Assembly (NCBI GenBank): GCA_035760905.1
Contig: DASTSC010000132.1
Span: forward strand, 7,707-71,706
From: Candidatus Limnocylindrales bacterium
GTDB taxonomy: Bacteria; Chloroflexota; Limnocylindria; Limnocylindrales; CSP1-4
Direction: 5' to 3'
Length of the DNA: 64,000 bases
In this document: piece by piece, positions 28,381-37,457 of the stretch
Layout of the letters: each line of letters starts with the position of its first letter
How positions within the stretch are numbered: position 1 is the stretch's first letter
Notes under the pieces: generated by a model
Database searches by the model: none
Seen by the model: only the letters and a program-made list of their open reading frames with translations
What the model was told of the DNA's origin: nothing
Translations under genes and position numbers: made by a program

Positions 28381-30885
28381 GTGGCGGACGCGACCGCAGC
28401 CCCGCTCGAGCTGGGCCTCGGCGAGGCGGTGCCGGTCGAGCGAGTCGGAGGCCTCGTCGAGATCGCCGTGGACGCTCCCGGAGCAGCCGGCGCGACCCCG
28501 TACACCTACCGGCTTCCCGCCCGGCTCCGGGATGTCCGCCCGGGCGAGGCCGTCATCGTCCCGTACGGGCGCCGCCAGGCGCTCGGCATCGTGCTCGGCC
28601 CGGCGGCGCCGCCACCCGACGGTCGGCCGATCCGCGAGGTGGCCGATCTCGTCCGGGCCGACGGGCCGCTGCTCCCGCCGCTCGCGCTCGCGCTCGCGCG
28701 GTGGGTGAGCGAGCACTACCTCGCGCCCCCGGTCGCAACGATCCGCTCGTTCCTGCCGCCGGGGCTCCTCGAGCGCCTCGAGCTCGTGGCCGAACGTCGT
28801 CCGCTCGGGGCCGACGGCGAAACGATCGGCGGGGGCGGGCAACCGGACGCTGGCGACGGCGCCATCCTCGACCAGCTCGGCCGCGGGCCACGGCGCGTCC
28901 GCGATCTCGAGTCGGCCGAGGGCAGGCCGGCGGTCCTCCGCCGCCTCCGGGCGCTCGCCGCGGCTGGGATCGTCGATCTCGACTGGACGCTCGTCGGAGC
29001 CTCGGCCGGGCCGCGCTACGAACGCTGGGTGAGCGGCGCTCCGTCGCCGGCAGCCGCACCCGCCCGCCTGGGGCCTCGGCAAAGGGCCGCCCTCGAGGAG
29101 CTCGCGGCCGCCGGCGGCCCGGTTCGGGCGGCCGAGCTCGCCGGCCGGCACGGCCAGGCGACCGTCGCCAGCCTCGCGAGGCGGGGGCTCGTCGACGTCG
29201 CGGTCCGCGAACGGCCACGCCGGCCCCTCGCGACGAGAGCGCCGGGACCCCGCGGTGCCCGACCGCCCGGCGCCGCCCTCACGCCCGAGCAGGCCGATGC
29301 CGTCCGGGTCGCGCGCGAGGCGATCGCCCGCCGCGACCCGACGCCGCTCCTGCTCGACGGAATCGCCGGCGCGGGCAAGACCGCGGTCTACGTCGAGGCG
29401 ATCGCGGCCTCGCTCGCCGACGGACGGCCGGCGCTCGTCCTGGTCCCGGAGATCGCCCTCGCGACGCCGCTCGTGGACCGCCTCCGGGCCGATCTGAGCG
29501 TCGAGCTGGCGGTCGTCCACTCGGGCCTGGGGGCAGGGGAGCGGGCCGACGAGTGGCGCCGGATCCGGGCAGGCGCGGTGGACGTGGTCGTCGGCACGCG
29601 CGCGGCGCTCGGCGTGCCGCTCGACGACGTCGGGCTGGTCGTCGTCGATGAGGAGCACGAGGCGGCCTACAAGAGCGACCGGACGCCCCGGGTCCAGGCC
29701 CGTGACGCGGCGATCCGGCTGGCCGAGCTGGCCGGGGCAGCGGTCGTGCTCGGCAGCGCCACGCCGGCCGTCGACAGCGTCGGGCACGCCCGTGACGGCG
29801 CCTACCGGCGGGTCGTCCTGCCGTCGCGTCCGGCTGGCGCGCTGCCGCCCGCCGTCGAGCTCGTCGACCTCCGGGCCGAGCTCGCGGCCGGCAACCGGGG
29901 CCTGATCTCGGCCCGGCTCGCGACGGCGCTCGCGGCCCTCGACCTCGACGGCGGCGAGCGGGCGATCCTCGTCATCAACCGGCGGGGCAGCGCCTCGGTC
30001 GTCCTGTGCCGCGATTGCGGCCACGTCCAGGCGTGCCCCGAGTGCGGCCGTCCCCTCGTGTTCCACCAGGCCGGCTACACCCTGCGCTGCCATCACTGCG
30101 GGAGCGCCGCGCCGCTCGCGGCCCGCTGCCCGGCCTGCCGCTCGCCGCGGATCCGGTATCTCGGCGGCGGCACGGAGCGTCTCGAGCGCGAAATCCGCGA
30201 TCGGTTTCCGGGGCTCCGGGTCGGTCGCCTCGATCGCGACGTCGCGGAGCGTCGCGGGGCCGCGGACCGCGTCCTCGACGCGTTCGCCGCGGGCCGGCTC
30301 GACGTGCTCGTCGGGACGAGCCTCGTCGCGAAGGGTCTCGACGTGCCCGAGGTGGCGCTCGTCGGGGTCGTCTCGGCCGACGTGGCGCTCAACCTGCCGG
30401 ACGAGCGGGCCGCCGAGCGAACGTACCAGCTCCTCGTCCAGGCGATCGGCCGTGCGGGCCGGCGGACCTCGGCCCGTCCGGGCCTCGGCATCGTCCAGAC
30501 CTACCAGCCCGATCACCCCGCGATCCGGGCGGTCGTCGACGGCGACCGCGATGCGTTCTACGACGCCGAGCTCGATCTGCGCCGGGCCTTCGGCTCGCCG
30601 CCCTTCGGACGGCTCGTCAAGTTGACCGTCGCGCTCCCGGAGCGCGAGGCCGCCGAGCGGGCGGCCCGCGAGATGGCCGACGAGCTCCGCCGCCGGGCCG
30701 AGGCGTCGGCGTCCGCCGGCGAGCCGCCGGTCCGGGTGATTGGTCCCGCGCCTGCGTTCGTCGCCCGGCGGGCCGGCCGGTGGCGGTTTCATCTCGTCCT
30801 CCGCGGCACCGATCCGGTGGCGCTGCTCGATCCGATCCCGGTTCCGCCGTGGAGCGTCGACGTGGATCCTGAATCGCTCCTGTAG
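28381..30885 (+). CDS. priA: Primosomal protein N' (replication-restart helicase PriA)
   Basis: Walker A GIAGAGKT, DEEH box (VVVDEEHEAAYK), Cys4-Cys4 zinc-finger insert (CRDCGHVQACPECG...CHHCG...CPACRS). Confidence 0.9.
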   Translation: MADATAAPLELGLGEAVPVERVGGLVEIAVDAPGAAGATPYTYRLPARLRDVRPGEAVIVPYGRRQALGIVLGPAAPPPDGRPIREVADLVRADGPLLPPLALALARWVSEHYLAPPVATIRSFLPPGLLERLELVAERRPLGADGETIGGGGQPDAGDGAILDQLGRGPRRVRDLESAEGRPAVLRRLRALAAAGIVDLDWTLVGASAGPRYERWVSGAPSPAAAPARLGPRQRAALEELAAAGGPVRAAELAGRHGQATVASLARRGLVDVAVRERPRRPLATRAPGPRGARPPGAALTPEQADAVRVAREAIARRDPTPLLLDGIAGAGKTAVYVEAIAASLADGRPALVLVPEIALATPLVDRLRADLSVELAVVHSGLGAGERADEWRRIRAGAVDVVVGTRAALGVPLDDVGLVVVDEEHEAAYKSDRTPRVQARDAAIRLAELAGAAVVLGSATPAVDSVGHARDGAYRRVVLPSRPAGALPPAVELVDLRAELAAGNRGLISARLATALAALDLDGGERAILVINRRGSASVVLCRDCGHVQACPECGRPLVFHQAGYTLRCHHCGSAAPLAARCPACRSPRIRYLGGGTERLEREIRDRFPGLRVGRLDRDVAERRGAADRVLDAFAAGRLDVLVGTSLVAKGLDVPEVALVGVVSADVALNLPDERAAERTYQLLVQAIGRAGRRTSARPGLGIVQTYQPDHPAIRAVVDGDRDAFYDAELDLRRAFGSPPFGRLVKLTVALPEREAAERAAREMADELRRRAEASASAGEPPVRVIGPAPAFVARRAGRWRFHLVLRGTDPVALLDPIPVPPWSVDVDPESLL

Positions 30886-30976
30886 GGCAGCGGGCCGATC
30901 TGCACTGGCCGGAACGGCGCTGGTGGCGGATGATCTGACGCGAGCGAGCGAGGACGAGACAGACAGGAGGGACGAG

Positions 30977-31486
30977 ATGACCGACGAGATGAACGAGCAG
31001 CGCGGGCCGGACGAGCCGTTCGGGACGACCACCCCGGGCGGTGACACCCCGGGCGCCGAGACGTCGGGCGGCTGGACAGCCTCGAGCGACGATTGGACGA
31101 GCGGGTCCAGCGGCGGCCGCGAGTGGCTCGGACAGCTCCAGTCGATGATCGACAACCTCGCGACGCAGGCGGCGCCGGTGGCTCGCCAGGTCGCGGCGAA
31201 GGCTGCCGAGCTGACCGCGCTCGCTGCCGAGAAGGCCGGACCGATCGCCCACAAGGCAGCCGACGCGACCGAGGTCGGCGGGCGGCGACTCGCCGAGCGG
31301 TCGCGGCAGCTCGCGGACGAGCTCCGCACGGCCGTCCAGCAGGAATCGCAGCCAGGCGGCACGACGGGGACGGCCGGGACCACCGGCGGGATGCCATCGG
31401 GCCCGGTCGAGAGCGAGGCCGATTCCTCGGCGACCACCGGCGGTGGCACGACCGGCAGCGAGCCGGCCGAGGGTGGCACGCTCTAG
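30977..31486 (+). CDS. Hypothetical protein, Gly/Thr-rich with central Ala-rich helical region
   Basis: 169-aa ORF, AGGAGG RBS at 30965, high GC3; no recognisable domain. Confidence 0.5.
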   Translation: MTDEMNEQRGPDEPFGTTTPGGDTPGAETSGGWTASSDDWTSGSSGGREWLGQLQSMIDNLATQAAPVARQVAAKAAELTALAAEKAGPIAHKAADATEVGGRRLAERSRQLADELRTAVQQESQPGGTTGTAGTTGGMPSGPVESEADSSATTGGGTTGSEPAEGGTL

Positions 31487-31518
31487 CCCGAGTCGGCCGA
31501 CGGGGCGGCGCCGCACGC

Positions 31519-31524
31519 TATCCT
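31519..31524 (+). promoter_or_regulatory. TATCCT -10-like hexamer 7 nt upstream of def ATG (possible leaderless transcript)
   Basis: cgcTATCCTcgggcgcATG; spacing implies transcription start at or next to the start codon. Confidence 0.25.
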
Positions 31525-31531
31525 CGGGCGC

Positions 31532-32047
31532 ATGAGCGTGCGCCCCATCGTCCTTCTCGGTGACCCTCGGCTTCGGCTGAAGGGTGAGCCCGTCGACAGC
31601 TTCGGCCGGTTCCTTCACGGCCTGCTCGATGACCTCGCCGACACGATGCGGCACGCGCCGGGTGTCGGCCTCGCCGCTCCGCAGCTCGGCGAGCCGCTCC
31701 GGGCCTGTGTGGTGGAGGTCGAGGGCCGGCTCCACGAGCTGGTGAACCCGGCGATCGTCCGGGGCGAGGGCGACGACAACGACCTCGAGGGCTGCCTCTC
31801 GATCCCGGGCTATGTCGCCTACGTGACCCGCCGCGAGCGGGTCTGGGTCGTCGCCCAGAACCGCTTCGGTCGCAGGATCAAGGTGGCGGGCTCGGGACTT
31901 CTCGGCCGCGCCCTCCAGCACGAGCTCGACCATCTCGACGGCAAGCTCTACATCGACTACCTGGGCTCGCTCGACGAGCTGATCCCGGTCGGCGCGAGCA
32001 ACGAGGACGAGGAAGGGGTCCGCGAGGCGACGTCCGCGCTCGCATGA
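31532..32047 (+). CDS. def: Peptide deformylase
   Basis: GVGLAAPQ, EGCLS and HELDH metal-binding motifs. Confidence 0.9.
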   Translation: MSVRPIVLLGDPRLRLKGEPVDSFGRFLHGLLDDLADTMRHAPGVGLAAPQLGEPLRACVVEVEGRLHELVNPAIVRGEGDDNDLEGCLSIPGYVAYVTRRERVWVVAQNRFGRRIKVAGSGLLGRALQHELDHLDGKLYIDYLGSLDELIPVGASNEDEEGVREATSALA

Positions 32048-33045
32048 CCGCCGACCGCGTCGTCGGGGGTCGGGTGCGGACGGTCTTCGCGGGCAGCGGC
32101 GGGTTCGGGAGGGCCACGCTCCGCGCGCTCGCGTCGCTGAAAGTGGAGGCGCCGGCGCAGCTCGTCGGAGTCGTCACCGCGCCGCCGCGCCCGGCCGGTC
32201 GTTCGGCCCGGCCGACACCGACGCCGATCGGGGCCCTCGCGGCGGAGCTCGGCCTCGAGCCCGTGCTGACGCCCGAACGGCTCCGCGACCCGGCGGCCGT
32301 CGCCGACCTCCTCGAGCTCCGGCCCGACCTGCTCGTCGTCGCCGACTTCGGTCAGATCGTGCCGCCGGCGCTCCTCGAACTTCCGCACGGCGCGCTCGAT
32401 CTCCATCCCTCGCGTCTGCCGCGGCATCGCGGCGCCAGCCCGATCCCGGCCACGATCCTGGCCGGCGACCCGGACACGGCCGTCAGCCTCATCCGCATGG
32501 ATGCCGCCGTCGACACCGGACCGATCGTCTCGGTGTCCGAGCCCGTCGAGGTCCCGGTTGAGACCAGCGCGCCGGAGCTCGAGGCGATCCTCGAGCCGAT
32601 CGCCGCCGAGCTGCTCGTCGCGTCGCTCGGTCCGTGGCTCGCGGGCGAGATCGAGCCCCTGCCGCAGTCGGACGAGGGCGCGACGATGACCCGCCGCCTG
32701 CGCCGCGAGGACGGCCGCCTCGACCCCGAACGACCGGCCTTCCTCCTCGAGCGGGCCGTCCGGGCCTACCGGCCCTGGCCCGGCACCTTCCTCGAGACCG
32801 ACCGCGGCGAGCGGATCGCGGTCCTCCGCGCCGGACTCGACGCGAGCCGTCCGGGCGACCTCGCCGGGCGCTTCGTCGCCGACGCCGGCGGCCTCGCCCT
32901 CGCCACGTCGGACGGGCGGCTCCGGCTGCTCGAGGTCCAGCCACCGGGCCGCCGCCCGATGTCCGGCGACGCGTTCCTGCGAGGCCGACCAGGCTTCCTC
33001 GAGGCGGGTGCGATCGTGCCCGGCGCTACGATGGCCGATCGATGA
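32044..33045 (+). CDS. fmt: Methionyl-tRNA formyltransferase
   Basis: Formyltransferase N-terminal and C-terminal domains (HPSRLPRHRGASPI); start overlaps def stop. Confidence 0.9.
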   Translation: MTADRVVGGRVRTVFAGSGGFGRATLRALASLKVEAPAQLVGVVTAPPRPAGRSARPTPTPIGALAAELGLEPVLTPERLRDPAAVADLLELRPDLLVVADFGQIVPPALLELPHGALDLHPSRLPRHRGASPIPATILAGDPDTAVSLIRMDAAVDTGPIVSVSEPVEVPVETSAPELEAILEPIAAELLVASLGPWLAGEIEPLPQSDEGATMTRRLRREDGRLDPERPAFLLERAVRAYRPWPGTFLETDRGERIAVLRAGLDASRPGDLAGRFVADAGGLALATSDGRLRLLEVQPPGRRPMSGDAFLRGRPGFLEAGAIVPGATMADR

Positions 33046-34292
33046 GCCCCGTGACGACCATCCCGCCACTCGCGATCGACGCCGTGAGGCCCACAGGCCC
33101 GGGCGCCGACCGCTTGGGCGACGACCGGCCGGGGCTGACGGGTCTCCGCCCGGAAGCGATCGCCGCCTGGCTCGCGGAGCGAAACGAGCCGCCGTTCCGG
33201 GCTCGTCAGATCGCCGCCGGCGCGTGGCGACCGCCGTTCGCCGCCGCCGCGGCCGAGGTCCGGACGCTGCCGAGCGGGCTGCGCGACGCTCTCGACGAGA
33301 CCTTTCGATTCGACACGATCGAGGCGACCGAGGTCAGCATCGCCGACGGCGGCCTCACGGAGAAGGCGCTCCACCGGCTGGCCGACGGCCAGCTCGTCGA
33401 GTCCGTGCTCATGCACTACCCCGCGGGACGCGGCGCGAGCGGCCGGCGCGAGCGGCACACCGTCTGCATCTCGAGCCAGGCCGGCTGCGCGGTCGGCTGT
33501 CCGTTCTGCGCGACCGGCGAGCTCGGCTTCGGGCGTGACCTGGGCGTCGCGGAGATCGTCGACCAGGCGCGCTGGGCGGCGCGATCGCTCGCGCGGCGGG
33601 CGGAGCCGGCGCGACTGACGAACGTCGTCTTCATGGGCATGGGCGAGCCGCTGCTCAACCTCGACGCGGTCCTCGAGGCCGTCGAGGCGCTCAACGACCC
33701 GGACCGCTTCGGCCTCGGCGCGCGCCACATCACGGTCTCGACGTCGGGCGTCGTGCCGGGGATCCGCCGCCTGACCGCGCTCGGGCCCCAGTTCACGCTC
33801 GCGATCAGCCTCCACGCCGCCCGCGATCCGCTGCGCGACGTTCTCGTCCCGCTCAACCGCCGCTGGCCCGTCGCCGAGGTCGTCGACGCGGCCCGGGCCC
33901 ATGCTCGAGCGACGGGCCGCCGGATCAGCTACGAGGTCACGCTCATCGACGGGATCAACGACACGCCCGCCGACGCGGACGCGCTCGCGGCCCTCCTCGC
34001 CGACGACCACGCGCACGTCAACCTGATCCCGATGAACCCCGTCGCCCATACGCCGTGGCAGGCGTCTCCGATCGATCGGATCGAGGCGTTCGCCGGCCGC
34101 CTCCGGGCCGCGCGGATCGCCGTTACGGTGCGCCGGAACCGTGGGCAGGAGATCGGCGCGGCGTGCGGCCAACTGGCCGCCGACCGGGCCGGTCAGCCCT
34201 CGGCGCCGGCCGTCGAGCGCCGGCGACTCCGGCTCGTGGCCGAGAGCGCGGCCGCGCTTCGGGGGGAGCGCGCCGAGCCCCCGCGGGGCTGA
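33042..34292 (+). CDS. rlmN: 23S rRNA/tRNA adenine-C2 methyltransferase RlmN (radical SAM)
   Basis: CISSQAGCAVGCPFCATG radical-SAM CxxxCxxC cluster, MGMGEPLLN, GINDT motifs; ATG overlaps fmt TGA. Confidence 0.85.
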   Translation: MSPVTTIPPLAIDAVRPTGPGADRLGDDRPGLTGLRPEAIAAWLAERNEPPFRARQIAAGAWRPPFAAAAAEVRTLPSGLRDALDETFRFDTIEATEVSIADGGLTEKALHRLADGQLVESVLMHYPAGRGASGRRERHTVCISSQAGCAVGCPFCATGELGFGRDLGVAEIVDQARWAARSLARRAEPARLTNVVFMGMGEPLLNLDAVLEAVEALNDPDRFGLGARHITVSTSGVVPGIRRLTALGPQFTLAISLHAARDPLRDVLVPLNRRWPVAEVVDAARAHARATGRRISYEVTLIDGINDTPADADALAALLADDHAHVNLIPMNPVAHTPWQASPIDRIEAFAGRLRAARIAVTVRRNRGQEIGAACGQLAADRAGQPSAPAVERRRLRLVAESAAALRGERAEPPRG

Positions 34293-34297
34293 GCGGG

Positions 34298-35284
34298 ATG
34301 GCGCCCGGCCGGGCCCGCGTCGCCGCGAGCATCCTCGACGCCGACCAGTCGAACCTCGGCCTCGCCGTCCGCCGCGCGGCGAAGGAGGGCGCCGACCGGA
34401 TCCACCTCGACGTCATGGACGGCCACTTCGTCCCGAACCTGACGTGGGGGGCGAAGATGATCGCGGCGCTCCGCCGGCACGCCGAGATCCCGTTCGACGC
34501 GCACCTGATGATCTCGAACCCGGCGCAGTACGTCGACGAGTTCATCGAGGCCGGCTGCGACTCGATCACGTTCCACGTCGAGGTGTCCGACGATCAGGTC
34601 GAGCCGACGCTCCGCCGGATCCGGGAGGCGGGCCGGGCCGCGGGTCTCGCGCTCCGACCGAAGACGCCCCTGAGCGCGCTCGAGCCGTACCGGTCGCTCA
34701 TCGACATCGTCCTCGTGATGACCGTCGAGCCGGGGTTCGGCGGCCAGTCGTTCATGAAGGACGTCGCGCTCGAGAAGTGCCTCGCCGCCCGGGAGTACCT
34801 CCACGATCACCCGGTCTCGGCCGAGGTCCACGTCGACGGCGGGGTCAACCGCCAGAGCGCGGAGCTCCTGGGCGAGCAGGCGGTGGACATCCTCGTCGTC
34901 GGCTCGGCGCTCTTCCGAAAGGGCGCCGACATGGGTCGGGAGATCCGCCTCATCCGGGCGCTCGCCGACGAGGGCTACCAGTACGGCCGCAACGGCGGCG
35001 TGCCGCCCACGTCGCGCGATGCATGGGCTCATCTCGTGGCCCTGCCGGCCCATCTCGGCCGGCGCCTCATGGCCGAGGTCGAGGCGGCCGGCATTCCCGT
35101 CCTCATGCTCCGGGGCAACGGCCGGATCAACCCCGACGGTGTCCGCGACTACGACCTCCTCGTCCCGGCGCCGGTGGCCGCGCTCGCCGAGGAGCGGCAC
35201 GCCGTCGCCCGCGAGCGCTATCTCGCCGAGGCCGAGGAATGGCGTGCGTCGTTCGATCGGGACCGCGCGGTCGAACCGGCGTGA
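34298..35284 (+). CDS. rpe: Ribulose-phosphate 3-epimerase with about 100-aa C-terminal extension of unknown function
   Basis: Rpe core (SILDADQSNL, HLDVMDGHFVPNLT, VMTVEPGFGGQSF, VDGG) ends near residue 230; ORF continues 100 aa (YQYGRNGGVPP...FDRDRAVEPA). Confidence 0.85.
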   Translation: MAPGRARVAASILDADQSNLGLAVRRAAKEGADRIHLDVMDGHFVPNLTWGAKMIAALRRHAEIPFDAHLMISNPAQYVDEFIEAGCDSITFHVEVSDDQVEPTLRRIREAGRAAGLALRPKTPLSALEPYRSLIDIVLVMTVEPGFGGQSFMKDVALEKCLAAREYLHDHPVSAEVHVDGGVNRQSAELLGEQAVDILVVGSALFRKGADMGREIRLIRALADEGYQYGRNGGVPPTSRDAWAHLVALPAHLGRRLMAEVEAAGIPVLMLRGNGRINPDGVRDYDLLVPAPVAALAEERHAVARERYLAEAEEWRASFDRDRAVEPA

Positions 35285-36474
35285 GCGACGAGGTCGGCGC
35301 CGCTCCGATCACGACCGCCCGCCTCGGTCGCCGCAACGACCGGATCCTGCTGGTCGCGGTCGTCGCCTACATCGTCCTGCTGTCGGGGCTGATGATCGCC
35401 CGCGGCGTGTCGGTGACGCCCGACGTGCTGCTCGTCGCGCTCGGCCTCGCCGCGGTCCTGCTCGGTCGGGGCCGGCTCTTCTTCCGCGACTGGATCCCGT
35501 TCATCGGGCTGTTCTTCGCCTACGAGCTGATGCGCGGCTACGCCGACAACGCCGGCCTGCCGATCCACGACGCCGACGTCATCGCGGCCGAGCGGCTGCT
35601 CTTCCTCGGCCACGTCCCGACCGAGGTCCTCCAGTCGTGGCTCCATCCGGCGTCCGGCTTCGACCCCTGGGCGATGGCCTCGGTCGTCTTCTACTTCCTC
35701 CACTTCCCGCTGCCGATCGCGGTCGGCTTCGTCCTCTGGCTCCGGCGCCGACCCGTCTACTACGACTACGTCGCGGCGCTCATCGTCCTGGCGATGGCCG
35801 GCTTCGTCACGTACCTGCTGCTGCCGGTCGCGCCGCCGTGGTGGGCCCACGAGCACGGTCTCCTCGACGGGATCGCGAAGCTGCGCGACCAGGGGTTCAG
35901 CGAGCTCGCCTCGGCCGCTGGCTTCGACCAGGCGAAGTACGTCTACAGCTACACGTTCTACGAGGTGAACCCGAACGAGGTGGCGGCGTTCCCGTCGCTC
36001 CACGCCGCCTTCCCGTTTCTGGGGTTCCTCTTCGCCCGCCGGACGTTCGGCCGCGTCGGCTGGCTGATGCTCGCCTACACCGCCTGCATCGTCTTCGCGA
36101 TCGTCTACCTCGGCGAGCACTACGTCATCGACGCGATCGCCGGCATCGCCTACGCCTACGTGGCGTACCGGCTCGTGCTCAGCGGTCCGGGCTGGATCCG
36201 GCGGCTCGTGGACCGTTTCGAGGACACGCGACTCGACGCCGAGGCCGAGGAGGCCGGAGCGGGCCGGCCGGGGGCGTTCGGGCGACTCGGGACGACCGTT
36301 CGGTGGGAGGTCGTCGGCCAGGGTGTCGCGCTCGTCGTCGTCGGCGCGATCGGGATCGTCGCGTTCGCCGGCGCCGGCCTGCTCGGCGGGACGGCCTCGC
36401 CGCTCTATCTCGTGCCGTGGGCGATCGTCCTCGTCGGGTTCTGGCGGGGCGCGCTCGGCCTGCTCGCCCGCTGA
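35281..36474 (+). CDS. PAP2-superfamily membrane (phospho)lipid phosphatase-like protein
   Basis: Multi-TM protein with PAP2 acid-phosphatase motifs (SLHAAFPF ... YLGEHYVIDAIAG); GTG overlaps rpe TGA. Confidence 0.7.
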   Translation: MSDEVGAAPITTARLGRRNDRILLVAVVAYIVLLSGLMIARGVSVTPDVLLVALGLAAVLLGRGRLFFRDWIPFIGLFFAYELMRGYADNAGLPIHDADVIAAERLLFLGHVPTEVLQSWLHPASGFDPWAMASVVFYFLHFPLPIAVGFVLWLRRRPVYYDYVAALIVLAMAGFVTYLLLPVAPPWWAHEHGLLDGIAKLRDQGFSELASAAGFDQAKYVYSYTFYEVNPNEVAAFPSLHAAFPFLGFLFARRTFGRVGWLMLAYTACIVFAIVYLGEHYVIDAIAGIAYAYVAYRLVLSGPGWIRRLVDRFEDTRLDAEAEEAGAGRPGAFGRLGTTVRWEVVGQGVALVVVGAIGIVAFAGAGLLGGTASPLYLVPWAIVLVGFWRGALGLLAR

Positions 36475-36477
36475 GCG

Positions 36478-36921
36478 GTGCGGGCGCTGCTCCAGCGCGT
36501 CGCCCGGGCCGAGGTCCGGGTGGACGACGAGGTCGTCGGCCGGATCGGGCCGGGTCTCGTCGTGCTGCTCGGCGTCGGCCGTGCGGACGACCGCACGGTC
36601 GCGGCCGAGCAGGCGCGAAGGATCGCCGAGCTCCGGATCTTCCGCGACGATGCAGGTCGGACGAACCGGTCGCTGCTCGACGTCGGCGGCTCGGCGCTCG
36701 TCGTGAGCCAGTTCACCCTCTACGCCGACACGAGCCGCGGCCGCCGGCCGGGCTTCACCGACGCTGCGCCGCCCGAGGTGGCGGTTGCGGTCTACGAGGC
36801 GTTCTGCGCCGCGCTCGAAGCGCTCGGCGTCGTCGTGGAACGAGGCCGGTTCGGGGCCGAGATGGCGGTGGAGCTCGTCAACGACGGCCCGTTCACGATC
36901 TGGCTCGAATCCTCGCGCTGA
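36478..36921 (+). CDS. dtd: D-aminoacyl-tRNA deacylase
   Basis: SQFTLYAD and NDGPFT motifs; 147 aa. Confidence 0.85.
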   Translation: MRALLQRVARAEVRVDDEVVGRIGPGLVVLLGVGRADDRTVAAEQARRIAELRIFRDDAGRTNRSLLDVGGSALVVSQFTLYADTSRGRRPGFTDAAPPEVAVAVYEAFCAALEALGVVVERGRFGAEMAVELVNDGPFTIWLESSR

Positions 36922-36963
36922 CGGCGTGCCGCACGTTGGCCGCCGCGCCCCGAGCGTCGGTGC

Positions 36964-37161
36964 CTAACGGGCCTTCTTCGTGAGCGTCCGGCTGCAGCGG
37001 GTGCAGACGAGGGCGCGCGTCGGCTTGCCGTCGACGTCGACGATCCGGGTCTGTAGGTTCGGGTGATAGCGCCGGTGGGCGCGGACGCGGTTCATCCCCG
37101 ACGACTGGGGGTTGAAGCCGCCGATCGAGGTCTTGCCGCAGATCGCGCAGGAGCGGGCCAT
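36964..37161 (-). CDS. rpmB: 50S ribosomal protein L28 (zinc-ribbon C+ form)
   Basis: MARSCAICGKTSIGGFNPQSS...CTRC; 65 aa; the longer ORF to 37311 is an unsupported upstream extension. Confidence 0.9.
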   Translation of the reverse strand: MARSCAICGKTSIGGFNPQSSGMNRVRAHRRYHPNLQTRIVDVDGKPTRALVCTRCSRTLTKKAR

Positions 37162-37457
37162 GATCGCCTTTCGATGAGTGAGCACGAGGAAGCCCCGGAA
37201 CGGGCCGAGGGGGCCGATAGAATAACACGCCATCGCCCCGTCCCCTGACCGGGGCGAAGCCCATTCGGAGCGGGAGGGAGAACCTGGCGACAGGATCGTC
37301 CGACCCAGCACGCCGCGCCGCCACCGCGGGCCGTCCGGGCGCGCGGCGGCAGTGGTCGAGCGCGCCGGGCTCGGTCGCCCATCGTCGCCGCTCCGACGGC
37401 GACGGCCTCGCCAGGCAGCGCACGTCGCGATCGGCGGGTGCCGCGCCGCGGGCCCGG

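Noticed and set aside
27526-31479. 1317-aa minus-strand ORF antisense to gmk/priA/hypothetical
   Set aside because: GC-frame artefact; priA on the plus strand has full helicase and zinc-finger motifs
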